From Bdellovibrionota bacterium (lineage in GTDB: Bacteria; Bdellovibrionota_G; JALEGL01; DATDPG01), in contig OY764265.1 in NCBI GenBank assembly GCA_963668355.1, positions 1,056,001 to 1,120,000 of the forward strand: a stretch of DNA of 64,000 nucleotides, given 5' to 3'. Below are positions 19,130 through 29,297 of this stretch, in pieces. The first letter of the stretch is position 1. Each line of letters opens with the position of its first letter. The position numbers were made by a program, and so were the translations under genes. Below the pieces are notes generated by a model, which saw only the letters and a program-made list of their open reading frames with translations, was not told the DNA's origin and searched no databases.

Positions 19130-19434
19130 ACTTCGGAAAAAAGAAACGCTTGCTCGCTGGAATGCTTGGCCTGATTCTGGGTTGTGTGTCACTGTTGCTG
19201 ATAAATGTGAGTTCCGCTTGGGCTGCAGCGGAGGAGATGGAGGAAGATGTTCCTGCCGTTGTGCTCCAAAGCGCTCCCGAGGGATGGTCAGATGCCTGTT
19301 GGGATGCGCAGAATGTTTCGCTTCCCGGAGGAGGAACTCAGCAAAACATGATGATGTGTTATTGCTACCCCCCAACGGGGAATTGCTATTACAACCCTGC
19401 TGACACAGCGCCATACTGCACATGTAATCCTTAG
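19126..19434 (+). CDS. Small secreted Cys-rich protein
   Basis: ATGA overlap with upstream gene; signal peptide ending AWA; acidic linker; six Cys. Confidence 0.68.
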   Translation: MNFGKKKRLLAGMLGLILGCVSLLLINVSSAWAAAEEMEEDVPAVVLQSAPEGWSDACWDAQNVSLPGGGTQQNMMMCYCYPPTGNCYYNPADTAPYCTCNP

Positions 19435-21932
19435 GTTCGTTTTCGGCGACGTCGAATCAAAGCCAACGAAATCAGAAATAGCGTACCCCACGAAAGGATA
19501 CGTGCGCCCTTTTCAATCCATGTCATGCGATAAGACACATGAATGGTTTTTTCCTTCGCTAAAACGAACTGGTAGGTCGGATAAACCAAAGCTACGCCCT
19601 GCTCTCCCAAAAACCATCTAGGAAAATACGTCTGATGAATAATCAGAGGCACGGGAGTCTTCGGTTTTTCCGACAACGTTACGGTCACCTTATTTCGAGA
19701 CATTTCCGTACGAACCACGTGAATCTGTTGGGTTACAGGCAGAGCATGTTGCTCCATGACCGCCATCATTTTTCGTATGGGCGATCTGTACGATTCTCGA
19801 ATCTCTTGTTTTTTCTCTTCCAGCTCTTCTTGAAACCTCTTCGAACTTTCTTTGTCTTTTGCTTCTCGAATCTGTTTAACGATATAGCCCAGCACCTCGG
19901 GCTCATACTCAAAAGGAGTAAAGAAAAACAACTTTCGATCATTCTTATATGCCTTGAGCTCACCAATGAGCGGGTCAGAACCCTCAAGAATCAAAACCGG
20001 TTTCGTGCGAGAGAATTCCAAGATGCCCTTTCGAGCTTCTTCCCGGTTATCATAATCAAATTGTGTGATAATCAATCCGCTAAAAGGACTCCAGTCCATT
20101 TTAGAATCCAACGTCTGTTCAGGCGAAAGAACAAAAGGCAAATCGTGACGATTCGCATGGAAAAAGGCTTCGGCTAGGGACAAATAATCATAGCCTCCGA
20201 AATAATCTCGATTTTTGGCTTTCCATTGCGCAAAGGCCAAAAATGGAATGCGGGAAGGAATATGCCCATACTTGGACCGATCCTCGGGATCTTCAAAAAG
20301 ATCCCATGTCCAGTTTGAGGCCAGATGTCGATAGCCTTCCTTCTCAAATTTCTGCTTCGTTTCTTTTTTGTCCACAAAGAAATATTTCAAATTGAAGAGG
20401 GCACTTCGTTTTTTTTGTTCCTCGAAAGATTGTTCTAGAAAACTTGGATCCTGTGCAATTTGTGAAGTCGTGGCAAACAGTTCCGCATGATTGGAATAGG
20501 CGTTTCTTAAAGCGTCGGTAAAAAATGAGGATATGGATGCTTCTCGATACACGGAGTACAAGCCGTATCCTCCTCGGTTTCCAGCTAACCCGTTGAGATA
20601 CCATGATTCGTCCCCGCGACGAGAGTCGTTTCCGCGATTGCCCAGAAATTCGACGAAAAATCTTCCTTCCGAATGGTTCATGGACGGAACAAAAAGACTC
20701 TCAAACTCATTCTTGTGATACATCGTGCCGAAGTACTTGAGCGTTAGATTCGTCGGATCTTGAAAGTAAAGCGCCGCAGGCAAAAACAGAACCACGGCCA
20801 TTTGCATCCATGAGCGATTAGAAAGAAGGGCGATCTCCGTAAGAAAAATGGTGATAACGGGTATCATGAAAAACAAAGCGTTGATGAGATTTCGATAGGG
20901 TTGGATGGGGAGCCCGGCAAAAATTCCTATTTGACTCGACGAAGCCACAATGATGCTAACCAACACCGATAAACTTAAGGCCAATCCAAACGAATTTCTG
21001 CGAATGTACGCCGCCGCAACAGCGGCTAAAAAGAGAAGAACCATTTGATAATAGTTAAAAGGTACCGCTAAGATTCCCGGGGAGACTAATGTCTGTGTCG
21101 GGGCCCATTTAAACGTTGCAAACATGGGAAGATACCAAACCGCCGTCACGGCCAACGCAATGAGTCCCGTCGACAAATAGGGAAGTGTAATTTCTCTAAA
21201 TGATTTCCAAGAAAGCTTTCTTGAACCCAAATCAAACAGATAAATACACACAAAAATAATGAGAACATTGATGAGAATGTTCACGTTCGAGAACAAAACC
21301 AAAAACAAAAGAAATGTCGAAATCCAAAAATTCTTGGACGATTCTCTTAAAGAGGGAAAGAAAAGAAGCCAAACCAGTGTTAGCTCAAATCCGAGTAAGT
21401 GCGCATACAATCCCGTCCAGTACGTTCCAAGAAGCGTCAGCCCATTCATGGCCAAAATGTCTGACCGAGTCATACAGAAAACTGACAAGAAACCCGCCGC
21501 GAGTCCTGCGATACGTCCTCCGAAATGCTTCGCTGAGAGCAGGTAAAAGAGAAAAGGAAATGCGGTGGTCATCAACAACACAAACCATTTGACCACGATG
21601 GCGCTCGAAAGGCCGGTCACGTTTACAAAAAGCCCGACGATCCAAAAAAACAGAGGATGATAAAAATTGGGAAAGGGCATTCCCAAATACCAACGAGGGG
21701 TCCACCCGAAAATTGCTGGCCATATGTTTTGAGCATAATCCTGGGCCAATGCTGTATGGCTCACGCCGTCCCAGCCTCCCAAAACAGAACTGTGAAGAAT
21801 CGACCAGTGTAAATTGTAGCTCGTACCGATGAGGGCACTGATGACCAGAAGGAAGTCCAGCAATAGAGTGGGGAAGGATACGCCATATAGGGCGGGAAAC
21901 TTCCTTTTATTGTTTGGGTCTAAGCCGTCCAT
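19431..21932 (-). CDS. Large integral membrane protein (YfhO/PTPS-related, GT-C-like)
   Basis: GWDGVSH and WYLGMP..FYHPL, many TM segments, C-terminal TYFPRW domain. Confidence 0.7.
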   Translation of the reverse strand: MDGLDPNNKRKFPALYGVSFPTLLLDFLLVISALIGTSYNLHWSILHSSVLGGWDGVSHTALAQDYAQNIWPAIFGWTPRWYLGMPFPNFYHPLFFWIVGLFVNVTGLSSAIVVKWFVLLMTTAFPFLFYLLSAKHFGGRIAGLAAGFLSVFCMTRSDILAMNGLTLLGTYWTGLYAHLLGFELTLVWLLFFPSLRESSKNFWISTFLLFLVLFSNVNILINVLIIFVCIYLFDLGSRKLSWKSFREITLPYLSTGLIALAVTAVWYLPMFATFKWAPTQTLVSPGILAVPFNYYQMVLLFLAAVAAAYIRRNSFGLALSLSVLVSIIVASSSQIGIFAGLPIQPYRNLINALFFMIPVITIFLTEIALLSNRSWMQMAVVLFLPAALYFQDPTNLTLKYFGTMYHKNEFESLFVPSMNHSEGRFFVEFLGNRGNDSRRGDESWYLNGLAGNRGGYGLYSVYREASISSFFTDALRNAYSNHAELFATTSQIAQDPSFLEQSFEEQKKRSALFNLKYFFVDKKETKQKFEKEGYRHLASNWTWDLFEDPEDRSKYGHIPSRIPFLAFAQWKAKNRDYFGGYDYLSLAEAFFHANRHDLPFVLSPEQTLDSKMDWSPFSGLIITQFDYDNREEARKGILEFSRTKPVLILEGSDPLIGELKAYKNDRKLFFFTPFEYEPEVLGYIVKQIREAKDKESSKRFQEELEEKKQEIRESYRSPIRKMMAVMEQHALPVTQQIHVVRTEMSRNKVTVTLSEKPKTPVPLIIHQTYFPRWFLGEQGVALVYPTYQFVLAKEKTIHVSYRMTWIEKGARILSWGTLFLISLALIRRRRKRT

Positions 21933-22112
21933 AATTTCATGTCGAAACGGATAATATACCAGGGATCTCGCTAGGATCTCGCCAGAGAATCTAAAATTCT
22001 TCTCCCCATATCGATGTTTTGGCTTGATGGGGCCCCGAACTCAAAGGTTTTTCGAGGGTTTTTAACACTCATCTATTGCGCGGCGCGCACACGTAGTTAA
22101 TATGGTCCCATC

Positions 22113-24653
22113 ATGGCAACTGCGACCATTCCTCGATATGAGCCCGGAAAGATTGAGCCCAAATGGCAATCCAACTGGGAAAAGACCAAAGCCTTTCAAT
22201 CTAAGGAAGGAAAAAAGAACAAGTACTACCTTTTAGAAATGTTTCCCTACCCTTCGGGCCGCATTCACATGGGTCATGTACGCAACTATGCCATTGGAGA
22301 TGTTGTTGCCAATTTCAAGAAGCGCCAAGGATTCAATGTTTTGCACCCCATGGGGTTTGATGCCTTTGGCCTTCCCGCTGAAAACGCCGCCATTAAGAAT
22401 AAGGTTCACCCGAAAAAGTGGACCTACGACAATATCAAGTTCATGGAAAAACAACTCAAGCGCTTAGGTTTTTCCGTGGATTGGAATCGAAAGGTTGTTA
22501 CGGCAGATCCGGAATACTATCGATGGGAACAGCTTCTTTTCATTGAAATGTTTAAGAAGGGTTTGGCGTACCGAAAACGCTCCCATGTTCAGTGGTGCCC
22601 CACCTGCGACACGGTTTTGGCCAATGAACAGGTCAATGATGGAAAATGTTGGCGTTGTGAAGACAAAGTTGTCGAAAAGAATTTGGACCAATGGTTTTTA
22701 AGAATCACTCAATATGCCGACGAACTCCTGGAGGGTTTGTTTGAGCTGGAAGGCGGGTGGCCCGAGCGAGTTTTGACGATGCAACGGAATTGGATTGGTC
22801 GAAGTGAAGGGGCCTTCATCGACTTTGAATTGGAAAAATTCGGCCAAGAAAAAATTAAGGTCTTCACCACTCGCCCCGACACGCTTTTTGGCGTGACCTT
22901 TCTCTCCATTGCGGCCGAGCATCCCCTTGTGAAAAAAATCACGGCCGTGGCTTCTGACGAAAATCGAAAAAAAGTGGAAGCCTTTGTGGAAAAGGTCAAA
23001 AACACAAACCCCCAAGATCGAATCGCTGAAAACTTTGAAAAAGAAGGCGTGAATACGGGCATATTCTGCACCCACCCCCTCACACGCGAAAAAATTCCCA
23101 TTTTCATCGCCAACTTCGTGTTGATGGACTACGGAACGGGGGCGGTCATGGCCGTGCCCGCCCATGACGAACGCGATTTCGCGTTTGCCAAAAAGTATCA
23201 TCTTCCCATCCGCCTGGTCATCGCTCCTCCAGATCGAGAAGTGAACGAAGAAGAATTGGAGGAAGCCTATACGGGATCCGGTACGATGGTTCGTTCCGGT
23301 CGCTATGATGGCTTGGACAATGATGAGGGTGGGGCGCGCATTGTTCGCACATTGACCCAAAAGAAATTGGGTTCCGCTGCGGTGACCTATCGCTTGAAAG
23401 ATTGGGGAATCTCTCGGCAACGATATTGGGGAACGCCCATTCCCATGATCCATTGCCAAAAATGTGGCATTCTTCCGGTTCCCACAGAAGACCTTCCCGT
23501 AAAATTGCCCACAAAAGCTCCCTTGGAAGGAAAGGGCGCCTCACCTTTGGGAAGAGTCGCCTCCTTCATGAAGGTAAAATGCCCGGAGTGTGGAAAACCA
23601 GCCCAACGGGACACCGATACGATGGATACGTTCATGGAATCCAGTTGGTATTTTTTGCGCTACTGCTCTCCCCATTACGACAAAGGAATGTTCGATCCCA
23701 AGGCAGCGAAATACTGGGCTCCGGTAGATCAATACATCGGTGGAATTGAACATGCGGTCATGCATCTCCTGTATTCTCGTTTCATCACGCGCGTCTTGAG
23801 AGATCTGGGCTGGGCCGACATCTCGGAACCTTTTGCCCGCCTTCTCACGCAAGGCATGGTCATCAAAGACGGTGAGAAAATGTCCAAATCCAAAGGCAAT
23901 GTCGTCGATCCGGATGGCCTCATTGACAAATATGGCGCCGATACGGTTCGCCTCTTTTCGTTGTTTGCTTCTCCCGTGGATCGGGATCTGGATTGGAGCG
24001 AGCAAGGCGTAGAGGGTGCGAGTCGGTTTTTGGATCGGCTTTGGCGTTTTGCCCTCAACATTCACGCGGCCAGCCCCAAAGCCCGAAAGGCCACAGAGTC
24101 CGTAGTCAGCCAAGACGAATTGGCCACCAAAATCTTCCGACTCACGCATAAGATGATCCGGCAAACAACCGAAAACATGAGCCGCTTTCACTTTAACACA
24201 GCCATTAGCTCGGTGATGGAGTTCGTCAATCATGTGGCCGGCGCTCTGCCTTCGGTATGGGAGATTGGAACCAACCCCGAAGCCGCAAAGGCCCTGACCG
24301 CGGCTCAAAAATCAGCCCTGCGGCATGCGGCCCTTTCTGCCATTTCGGTGATGTATCCCGTTACCCCCCACATTACGGAAGAGCTGTGGAAGCTTCTGGA
24401 TAATTCAAAGATGTTGGTTGACGCCCCCTGGCCCGAATTTGATCCAAAATTTGCGCAAGAAGAAAAAGTCACCTTGGTGGTGCAAGTCAATGGAAAGGTC
24501 CGGGCCAAATTGGAAATGGAACGAAGCCTGGACAATGAGAAGGTGATCGAAGCCGCCACAACGGCCGAAAACGTGAAAAAACATCTGGAGGGAAAAACGT
24601 TGAGAAAAACCATCGTTGTTCCCAATAAACTAGTAAACTTAGTGCTCGGATGA
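22113..24653 (+). CDS. leuS: Leucine--tRNA ligase
   Basis: MFPYPSG.IHMGH, SRQRYWG, GGIEHA, KMSKS and QVNGKVR. Confidence 0.98.
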   Translation: MATATIPRYEPGKIEPKWQSNWEKTKAFQSKEGKKNKYYLLEMFPYPSGRIHMGHVRNYAIGDVVANFKKRQGFNVLHPMGFDAFGLPAENAAIKNKVHPKKWTYDNIKFMEKQLKRLGFSVDWNRKVVTADPEYYRWEQLLFIEMFKKGLAYRKRSHVQWCPTCDTVLANEQVNDGKCWRCEDKVVEKNLDQWFLRITQYADELLEGLFELEGGWPERVLTMQRNWIGRSEGAFIDFELEKFGQEKIKVFTTRPDTLFGVTFLSIAAEHPLVKKITAVASDENRKKVEAFVEKVKNTNPQDRIAENFEKEGVNTGIFCTHPLTREKIPIFIANFVLMDYGTGAVMAVPAHDERDFAFAKKYHLPIRLVIAPPDREVNEEELEEAYTGSGTMVRSGRYDGLDNDEGGARIVRTLTQKKLGSAAVTYRLKDWGISRQRYWGTPIPMIHCQKCGILPVPTEDLPVKLPTKAPLEGKGASPLGRVASFMKVKCPECGKPAQRDTDTMDTFMESSWYFLRYCSPHYDKGMFDPKAAKYWAPVDQYIGGIEHAVMHLLYSRFITRVLRDLGWADISEPFARLLTQGMVIKDGEKMSKSKGNVVDPDGLIDKYGADTVRLFSLFASPVDRDLDWSEQGVEGASRFLDRLWRFALNIHAASPKARKATESVVSQDELATKIFRLTHKMIRQTTENMSRFHFNTAISSVMEFVNHVAGALPSVWEIGTNPEAAKALTAAQKSALRHAALSAISVMYPVTPHITEELWKLLDNSKMLVDAPWPEFDPKFAQEEKVTLVVQVNGKVRAKLEMERSLDNEKVIEAATTAENVKKHLEGKTLRKTIVVPNKLVNLVLG

Positions 24654-25615
24654 AGCTTTCCCCAGTTACATTTCTTGTCGGAACGGATTCTTTCCAACGA
24701 CAAATATTCATTGAAGACCTTCGCAAAGAAGTTTTTCCCACAGGTTCGGGAGGCTTAAACGACGATCATTTCGACGCGAAGGAACGCAAGCCCATGGATG
24801 TGTTTGACTTGGCCAACACACTCCCCATGATGGCTTCCAAACGTCTGATCATTTATCGGAACTGCGCCCCCAAGAGTGAAGCGGACCAAGAGGCCTGGAT
24901 TCGGTACTTGGAAAATCCCTCTCCCGAAACCGTTCTGATTGCGACGGCGGATAAACTCGACAAGCGAACGAAGTTTTTCAAAGTCTTGAATCAGAAAAAA
25001 ATGGTCCAACTCCTCACCGAACCGAAACCCCGAGATTTATCCAGTTGGGTGAATAAAATTGCCACTCGCCACCAAGTCACCCTCACGGCCGAAGCCCGAA
25101 GGGCTTTATGTGAAGCCATTGGCACGAATCTTTCGGCCATTCACCAGGCCATCGAAAAATTGGCTCTTTTTGTTCATCCTGAAACCAAAATATCCGAGAA
25201 AGCGGTCTTGGCTTTGGTCTCGGGAAGCGCCGGAGAGGATATTTTTGCGTGGACCGACCAAGTCGTGTCCGGGGAACTCGTTCGAGCGGTTGCCACCCTC
25301 GATCACTTGCTTGGACAAGGTGAGGTCCCCCTCATTTTGATCTCCATGCTCACCCGTCATTATCGGATTCTCTTAAAGGCCAAGCACCACGAACATATGG
25401 GAACCCCCCGCCCGCAATTACCCCGACATTTAGGCGTCCCCCCATTCACGGTCAACAAATACATGGAACAAGCCCGCCGACACACCGACCGAGCCTTAAG
25501 AGAAGCCTTGGCCAACCTGGTCAAAGTGGATCAAGAGCTTAAATCCACAGGCCTCCCCACACAAATCCTCCTCGAAACCGCCCTCCGCGGCCTCGGCCAC
25601 GCCACGGCCCGATAA
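24650..25615 (+). CDS. holA: DNA polymerase III delta subunit
   Basis: NTLPMMASKRLI, YLENP, LDKRTK and IEKLAL; follows leuS. Confidence 0.9.
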   Translation: MKLSPVTFLVGTDSFQRQIFIEDLRKEVFPTGSGGLNDDHFDAKERKPMDVFDLANTLPMMASKRLIIYRNCAPKSEADQEAWIRYLENPSPETVLIATADKLDKRTKFFKVLNQKKMVQLLTEPKPRDLSSWVNKIATRHQVTLTAEARRALCEAIGTNLSAIHQAIEKLALFVHPETKISEKAVLALVSGSAGEDIFAWTDQVVSGELVRAVATLDHLLGQGEVPLILISMLTRHYRILLKAKHHEHMGTPRPQLPRHLGVPPFTVNKYMEQARRHTDRALREALANLVKVDQELKSTGLPTQILLETALRGLGHATAR

Positions 25616-25751
25616 TCCTCGGCACCCCACGCCAAAATCGCCACCCGCGTGCTATACACAGCAAGCTACTTACGTATCGTAAGATCGTTCCTTAAACCAT
25701 TCTGATTACTTATCTCGATTTGAGAACACACCCTGATAAATCTGCTTGGAA

Positions 25752-26708
25752 TTAATCGGTTTCGTACGGTTCTTTTCGAACTTTCCAACGTCGATTGACA
25801 AAGCTCTCCATAAAGCCTCCCAAGGCGCGGATCTGGAATTTCCGCAAATCTGGATTCACGTTGGAAATATCAAAAAAACAGGCGGCGTAACCTGAACAAT
25901 AACTATTGTATGCACCCATCAGGCGATTAATTGTAGAAACGCCATTGCATTCTCGACTTCGGGCATCCATGTAGTACGTGTAAAAAATAAGAAAGCCGTA
26001 ATAGAGAGTGGAAGAGATTTTACAATAGGCCTTCGACTCAAAAAAATTCTGATTTAAGCGTTTTCCTGTCAGATAATCGCTCCGAGCAATCTGGGAAATT
26101 CCCCAATTGCTCATATGGTTAAATGGTGCATCCGACAAAAGAACAAAAAACCAATCTTTATGACGGTAATAGTGTTGCCACAAACTTTCGTTCCAGGTCA
26201 CTGCTTTTAACGCTCGAACAAAAAGCTCTCTCTCCTCTTTCCCAAATGGAGCTTGTTGATCTTCAAGCAATTGGTTTGCAATTTTTTCAATCAAGGATTC
26301 GATGGACGCGTAGTAACGATTTTGAACCTCTGTTTTTGCCCATTCCTTCTTTGTAAAAGCAAATTCAAGTTCAATTTCACCCTTACATTCTTCCGTAACG
26401 TCTGCGTAATTGAAAAACGTACGATCTCTCAATTCTTTTCGGAGTGTCCAACGATCAAAGGTGTTTTTTATTCGTTTTTTCTGACCGATTTTTTCTTCAG
26501 AAAGAGAATTTTGGGGAATAGGAATTCTGTTATCCGTTTTGGCTTTCGGGAGAAGGTTTTTCCAATGATTGGCTGAAATGTTTAGCCATGTCTCCGGCGC
26601 TGCTGTTGAGGGGCCCATTGACCTCTCAGATTCGCCAAGTGCATAGCCCCCCCTCAAAAAGGTGATGATCAGAAAACTTAGAACAAGCCGAACACTCATT
26701 TTTGACAT
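25752..26708 (-). CDS. Secreted protein with lysozyme-like/lytic transglycosylase-like motifs
   Basis: Signal peptide; AVTWNES, WGISQI and GAYNS in SLT order. Confidence 0.55.
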   Translation of the reverse strand: MSKMSVRLVLSFLIITFLRGGYALGESERSMGPSTAAPETWLNISANHWKNLLPKAKTDNRIPIPQNSLSEEKIGQKKRIKNTFDRWTLRKELRDRTFFNYADVTEECKGEIELEFAFTKKEWAKTEVQNRYYASIESLIEKIANQLLEDQQAPFGKEERELFVRALKAVTWNESLWQHYYRHKDWFFVLLSDAPFNHMSNWGISQIARSDYLTGKRLNQNFFESKAYCKISSTLYYGFLIFYTYYMDARSRECNGVSTINRLMGAYNSYCSGYAACFFDISNVNPDLRKFQIRALGGFMESFVNRRWKVRKEPYETD

Positions 26709-26931
26709 GGCACGACAATATTACATCAAGCTTCTCTCAATAACTCCATAAACGACATTTGAATTCTTCAATTGCAGGCCGAAAGGCGAAAATGCGAGGA
26801 TTAAAGAGACTGACGGCAAGAGGAGTTACTTTCATCCAAACCTAAAAAGCTTGTAGTTCTCTATACTTAGTGAATTTTTGACGCAGGTGTGCGTCGGAAG
26901 AGGGGTTGCTCTACGCTGTTGGACGGATCGG

Positions 26932-27192
26932 TTAGAGGGAAGAAACTCGGGCTGAAAGCCGAGCGATCTTGCGAGAAGCTGTGTTTTGGGCAATGACGCC
27001 TTCGCGACAAGCTTTGTCAATCTCGCCCATGGCCTCTTTCAGAGCCCCGGCAGCTTCATCCTTCTTCTTACTCTCCACCGCATCCAGGACCTTCTTGGTG
27101 GCCGTGCGAACGCGAGATTTCCACCATCGGTTGTGGGTTTCTCGTTTTTCGCCCTGGCGATGTCTTTTAATTGCTGATTTGTGCGTTGCCAT
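26932..27192 (-). CDS. rpsT: 30S ribosomal protein S20
   Basis: MATHKSAIKRHRQ...NTASRKIARL. Confidence 0.96.
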   Translation of the reverse strand: MATHKSAIKRHRQGEKRETHNRWWKSRVRTATKKVLDAVESKKKDEAAGALKEAMGEIDKACREGVIAQNTASRKIARLSARVSSL

Positions 27193-27291
27193 AATTTGGC
27201 GCGCATTTAGCCTAGAGAAAATGCACTTGTCAAGGAGAAACCCTTTGACAAATGGGGTCAAACACAAGTAAGAGGGCGGCCTTAAAAAGTC

Positions 27292-29205
27292 ATGATTACA
27301 GAAACCATTGAAAATAAAACAACTAACCAAATTCCAGACGGTGAGGAGAGCTTTGAAAAGCTCTATCTCGAAAGTCTAAAAGACGAAAAACCCATTAAAG
27401 AAGGCGAAGTCCTCCAAGGAAAGGTCATCAAGATCGGACCTGACATGGTCACGGTCGACATCGGCTATAAATCGGAAGGTCAAATTCCGGTTTCCGAGTT
27501 CCAAGACCCAAGCGGTGAAGTCGAATCCAAAGTGGGCGACACGATTGATGTTTTCTTTGTTGGGACCGAAGAAGATGATGGATCCATCATTCTTTCCAAA
27601 GAAAAAGCTGACAAGCTCAAGATTTGGGAAGAAATCGCTGAAGCCTGCAATCAAGGCGAAGTGATTGAAGGAACCATTGTCAGCCGCGTACGTGGCGGCG
27701 TCTGCGTCGACATCGGCGTTAAGGCTTTCCTTCCTGGATCTCAAATTGACTTAACGCCAATTCGCGATCTGGATGCACTCATCGGCAAGGAATTTCAATT
27801 TAAAATCATTAAATTCAACAAGGTCCGAGGGAACATCGTTCTCTCGCGCAGGGTCTTGCTGGAGAAAGAGCGAGAGCAACTTCGTGAAAAGACCATGGAG
27901 TACCTCCAGGAGGGTGCCATCCTCAAAGGGGCCGTGAAGAACATCACGGATTATGGTGCCTTCATTGACTTGGGTGGTATCGACGGTCTGCTCCACATCA
28001 CGGATATTTCTTGGAAGCGCATCACGCATCCTTCAGAAGTATTGAAGGTGGGTGCGGAAATCGACGTGAAAGTGCTCAAATTCGATTCCGATAAGAATCG
28101 GGTTTCGCTCGGTCTCAAACAGATTACGGAAGATCCTTGGGCAGAAGCCGACATGAGATATCCGAAGAATGCAAAGGTAAGCGGTAAGGTCGTATCCTTA
28201 ACCGATTACGGCGCATTCATCGAAGTCGAAGAAGGCGTGGAAGGCTTGATTCACGTGTCCGAAATGTCTTGGACCAAACGCGTGAAGCATCCTTCAGCTC
28301 TTTTGAACATCGCTGACGAGGTTGAAGCCATTGTGCTCGACATCGACATCGAAAATCGACGCATGTCTTTGGGCTTGAAACAAACGCAGCCCAATCCTTG
28401 GGATGAACTTGTGGCGAAATACCCTCCGGGATCCCGCCTCAATGGCATCATTCGCAACGTGACCGACTTCGGTCTCTTTGTGGAAGTGGAAGATGGCATT
28501 GATGGTTTGATCCACGTATCGGATCTTTCCTGGTCCACCAAAGCCAAGAATCCTCACGATCTTTACAAGAAAGGTGATGAGATCGAGGCGGTGGTTCTTA
28601 ATGTCGATCCCAGTGCGGAACGCTTCTCACTTGGCATCAAACAATTGAGTGACGATCCTTGGCATATCGCCATGGACAAATACTCCATTGGAACGGAAGT
28701 CGATGGTGAAATCGTTAAAATCGCTGAGTTCGGTCTTTTCGTGAAAATCGAAGAGGACATTGAAGCCCTGGTTCATATCTCTGAGATTTCGGATGAGAAA
28801 ATTGATGATCTCACGGAGAAATTCAATATTGGCGACAAAATCAAAGCCATGGTTCTCACGCTGGATCCAGAAGAAAAGAAAATGGGTCTTTCCATTAAGG
28901 CCGCTCAATACGAAGACGGACAACGTCACATGGCTGCTGCTGCGAAGAAGCAGACCGTGGCTCGCCCCACCTTGGGCGACGTCATGAGCGAAGGCCTTAG
29001 AAAGAAAATCCAAGGCAAAAACGAAGATAAAGCAGAAGAAGAAAAGGTCGAAGCGAAAGCCGAAACCTCAGAAGAAGCTGAAACGGAAGCTAAAGTCGAA
29101 GAAGAAGAAAAGGTCGAAGCGAAAGCTGAAACCCCTGAAGAAGCTGAAACAGAAGCCAAAGTCGAAGAAGAAGCAGAAAAAAAAGAAGACGAAGCCAAAG
29201 CTTAA
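27292..29205 (+). CDS. rpsA: 30S ribosomal protein S1 with acidic C-terminal extension
   Basis: Repeated S1 domains (AFLPGSQID, TDYGAFI.., GLIHVSE); Glu/Ala/Lys-rich tail. Confidence 0.97.
   Translation: MITETIENKTTNQIPDGEESFEKLYLESLKDEKPIKEGEVLQGKVIKIGPDMVTVDIGYKSEGQIPVSEFQDPSGEVESKVGDTIDVFFVGTEEDDGSIILSKEKADKLKIWEEIAEACNQGEVIEGTIVSRVRGGVCVDIGVKAFLPGSQIDLTPIRDLDALIGKEFQFKIIKFNKVRGNIVLSRRVLLEKEREQLREKTMEYLQEGAILKGAVKNITDYGAFIDLGGIDGLLHITDISWKRITHPSEVLKVGAEIDVKVLKFDSDKNRVSLGLKQITEDPWAEADMRYPKNAKVSGKVVSLTDYGAFIEVEEGVEGLIHVSEMSWTKRVKHPSALLNIADEVEAIVLDIDIENRRMSLGLKQTQPNPWDELVAKYPPGSRLNGIIRNVTDFGLFVEVEDGIDGLIHVSDLSWSTKAKNPHDLYKKGDEIEAVVLNVDPSAERFSLGIKQLSDDPWHIAMDKYSIGTEVDGEIVKIAEFGLFVKIEEDIEALVHISEISDEKIDDLTEKFNIGDKIKAMVLTLDPEEKKMGLSIKAAQYEDGQRHMAAAAKKQTVARPTLGDVMSEGLRKKIQGKNEDKAEEEKVEAKAETSEEAETEAKVEEEEKVEAKAETPEEAETEAKVEEEAEKKEDEAKA
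29035..29166 (+). repeat. Two tandem 66-bp repeats in the rpsA tail
   Basis: EEEKVEAKAET(S/P)EEAETEAKVE twice. Confidence 0.9.
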
Positions 29206-29234
29206 GCTAGCATGAGGCTAATTAAAGTCGCTTT

Positions 29235-29278
29235 GAAACGCTCAATTCATCTTTCGATGAATTGAGCGTTTCTTTTTT
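29235..29278 (+). terminator. Rho-independent terminator after rpsA
   Basis: 17-bp perfect stem gaaacgctcaattcatc/gatgaattgagcgtttc, 4-nt loop, then T6. Confidence 0.85.
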
Positions 29279-29297
29279 GAATGAAAGACGGTGACAC

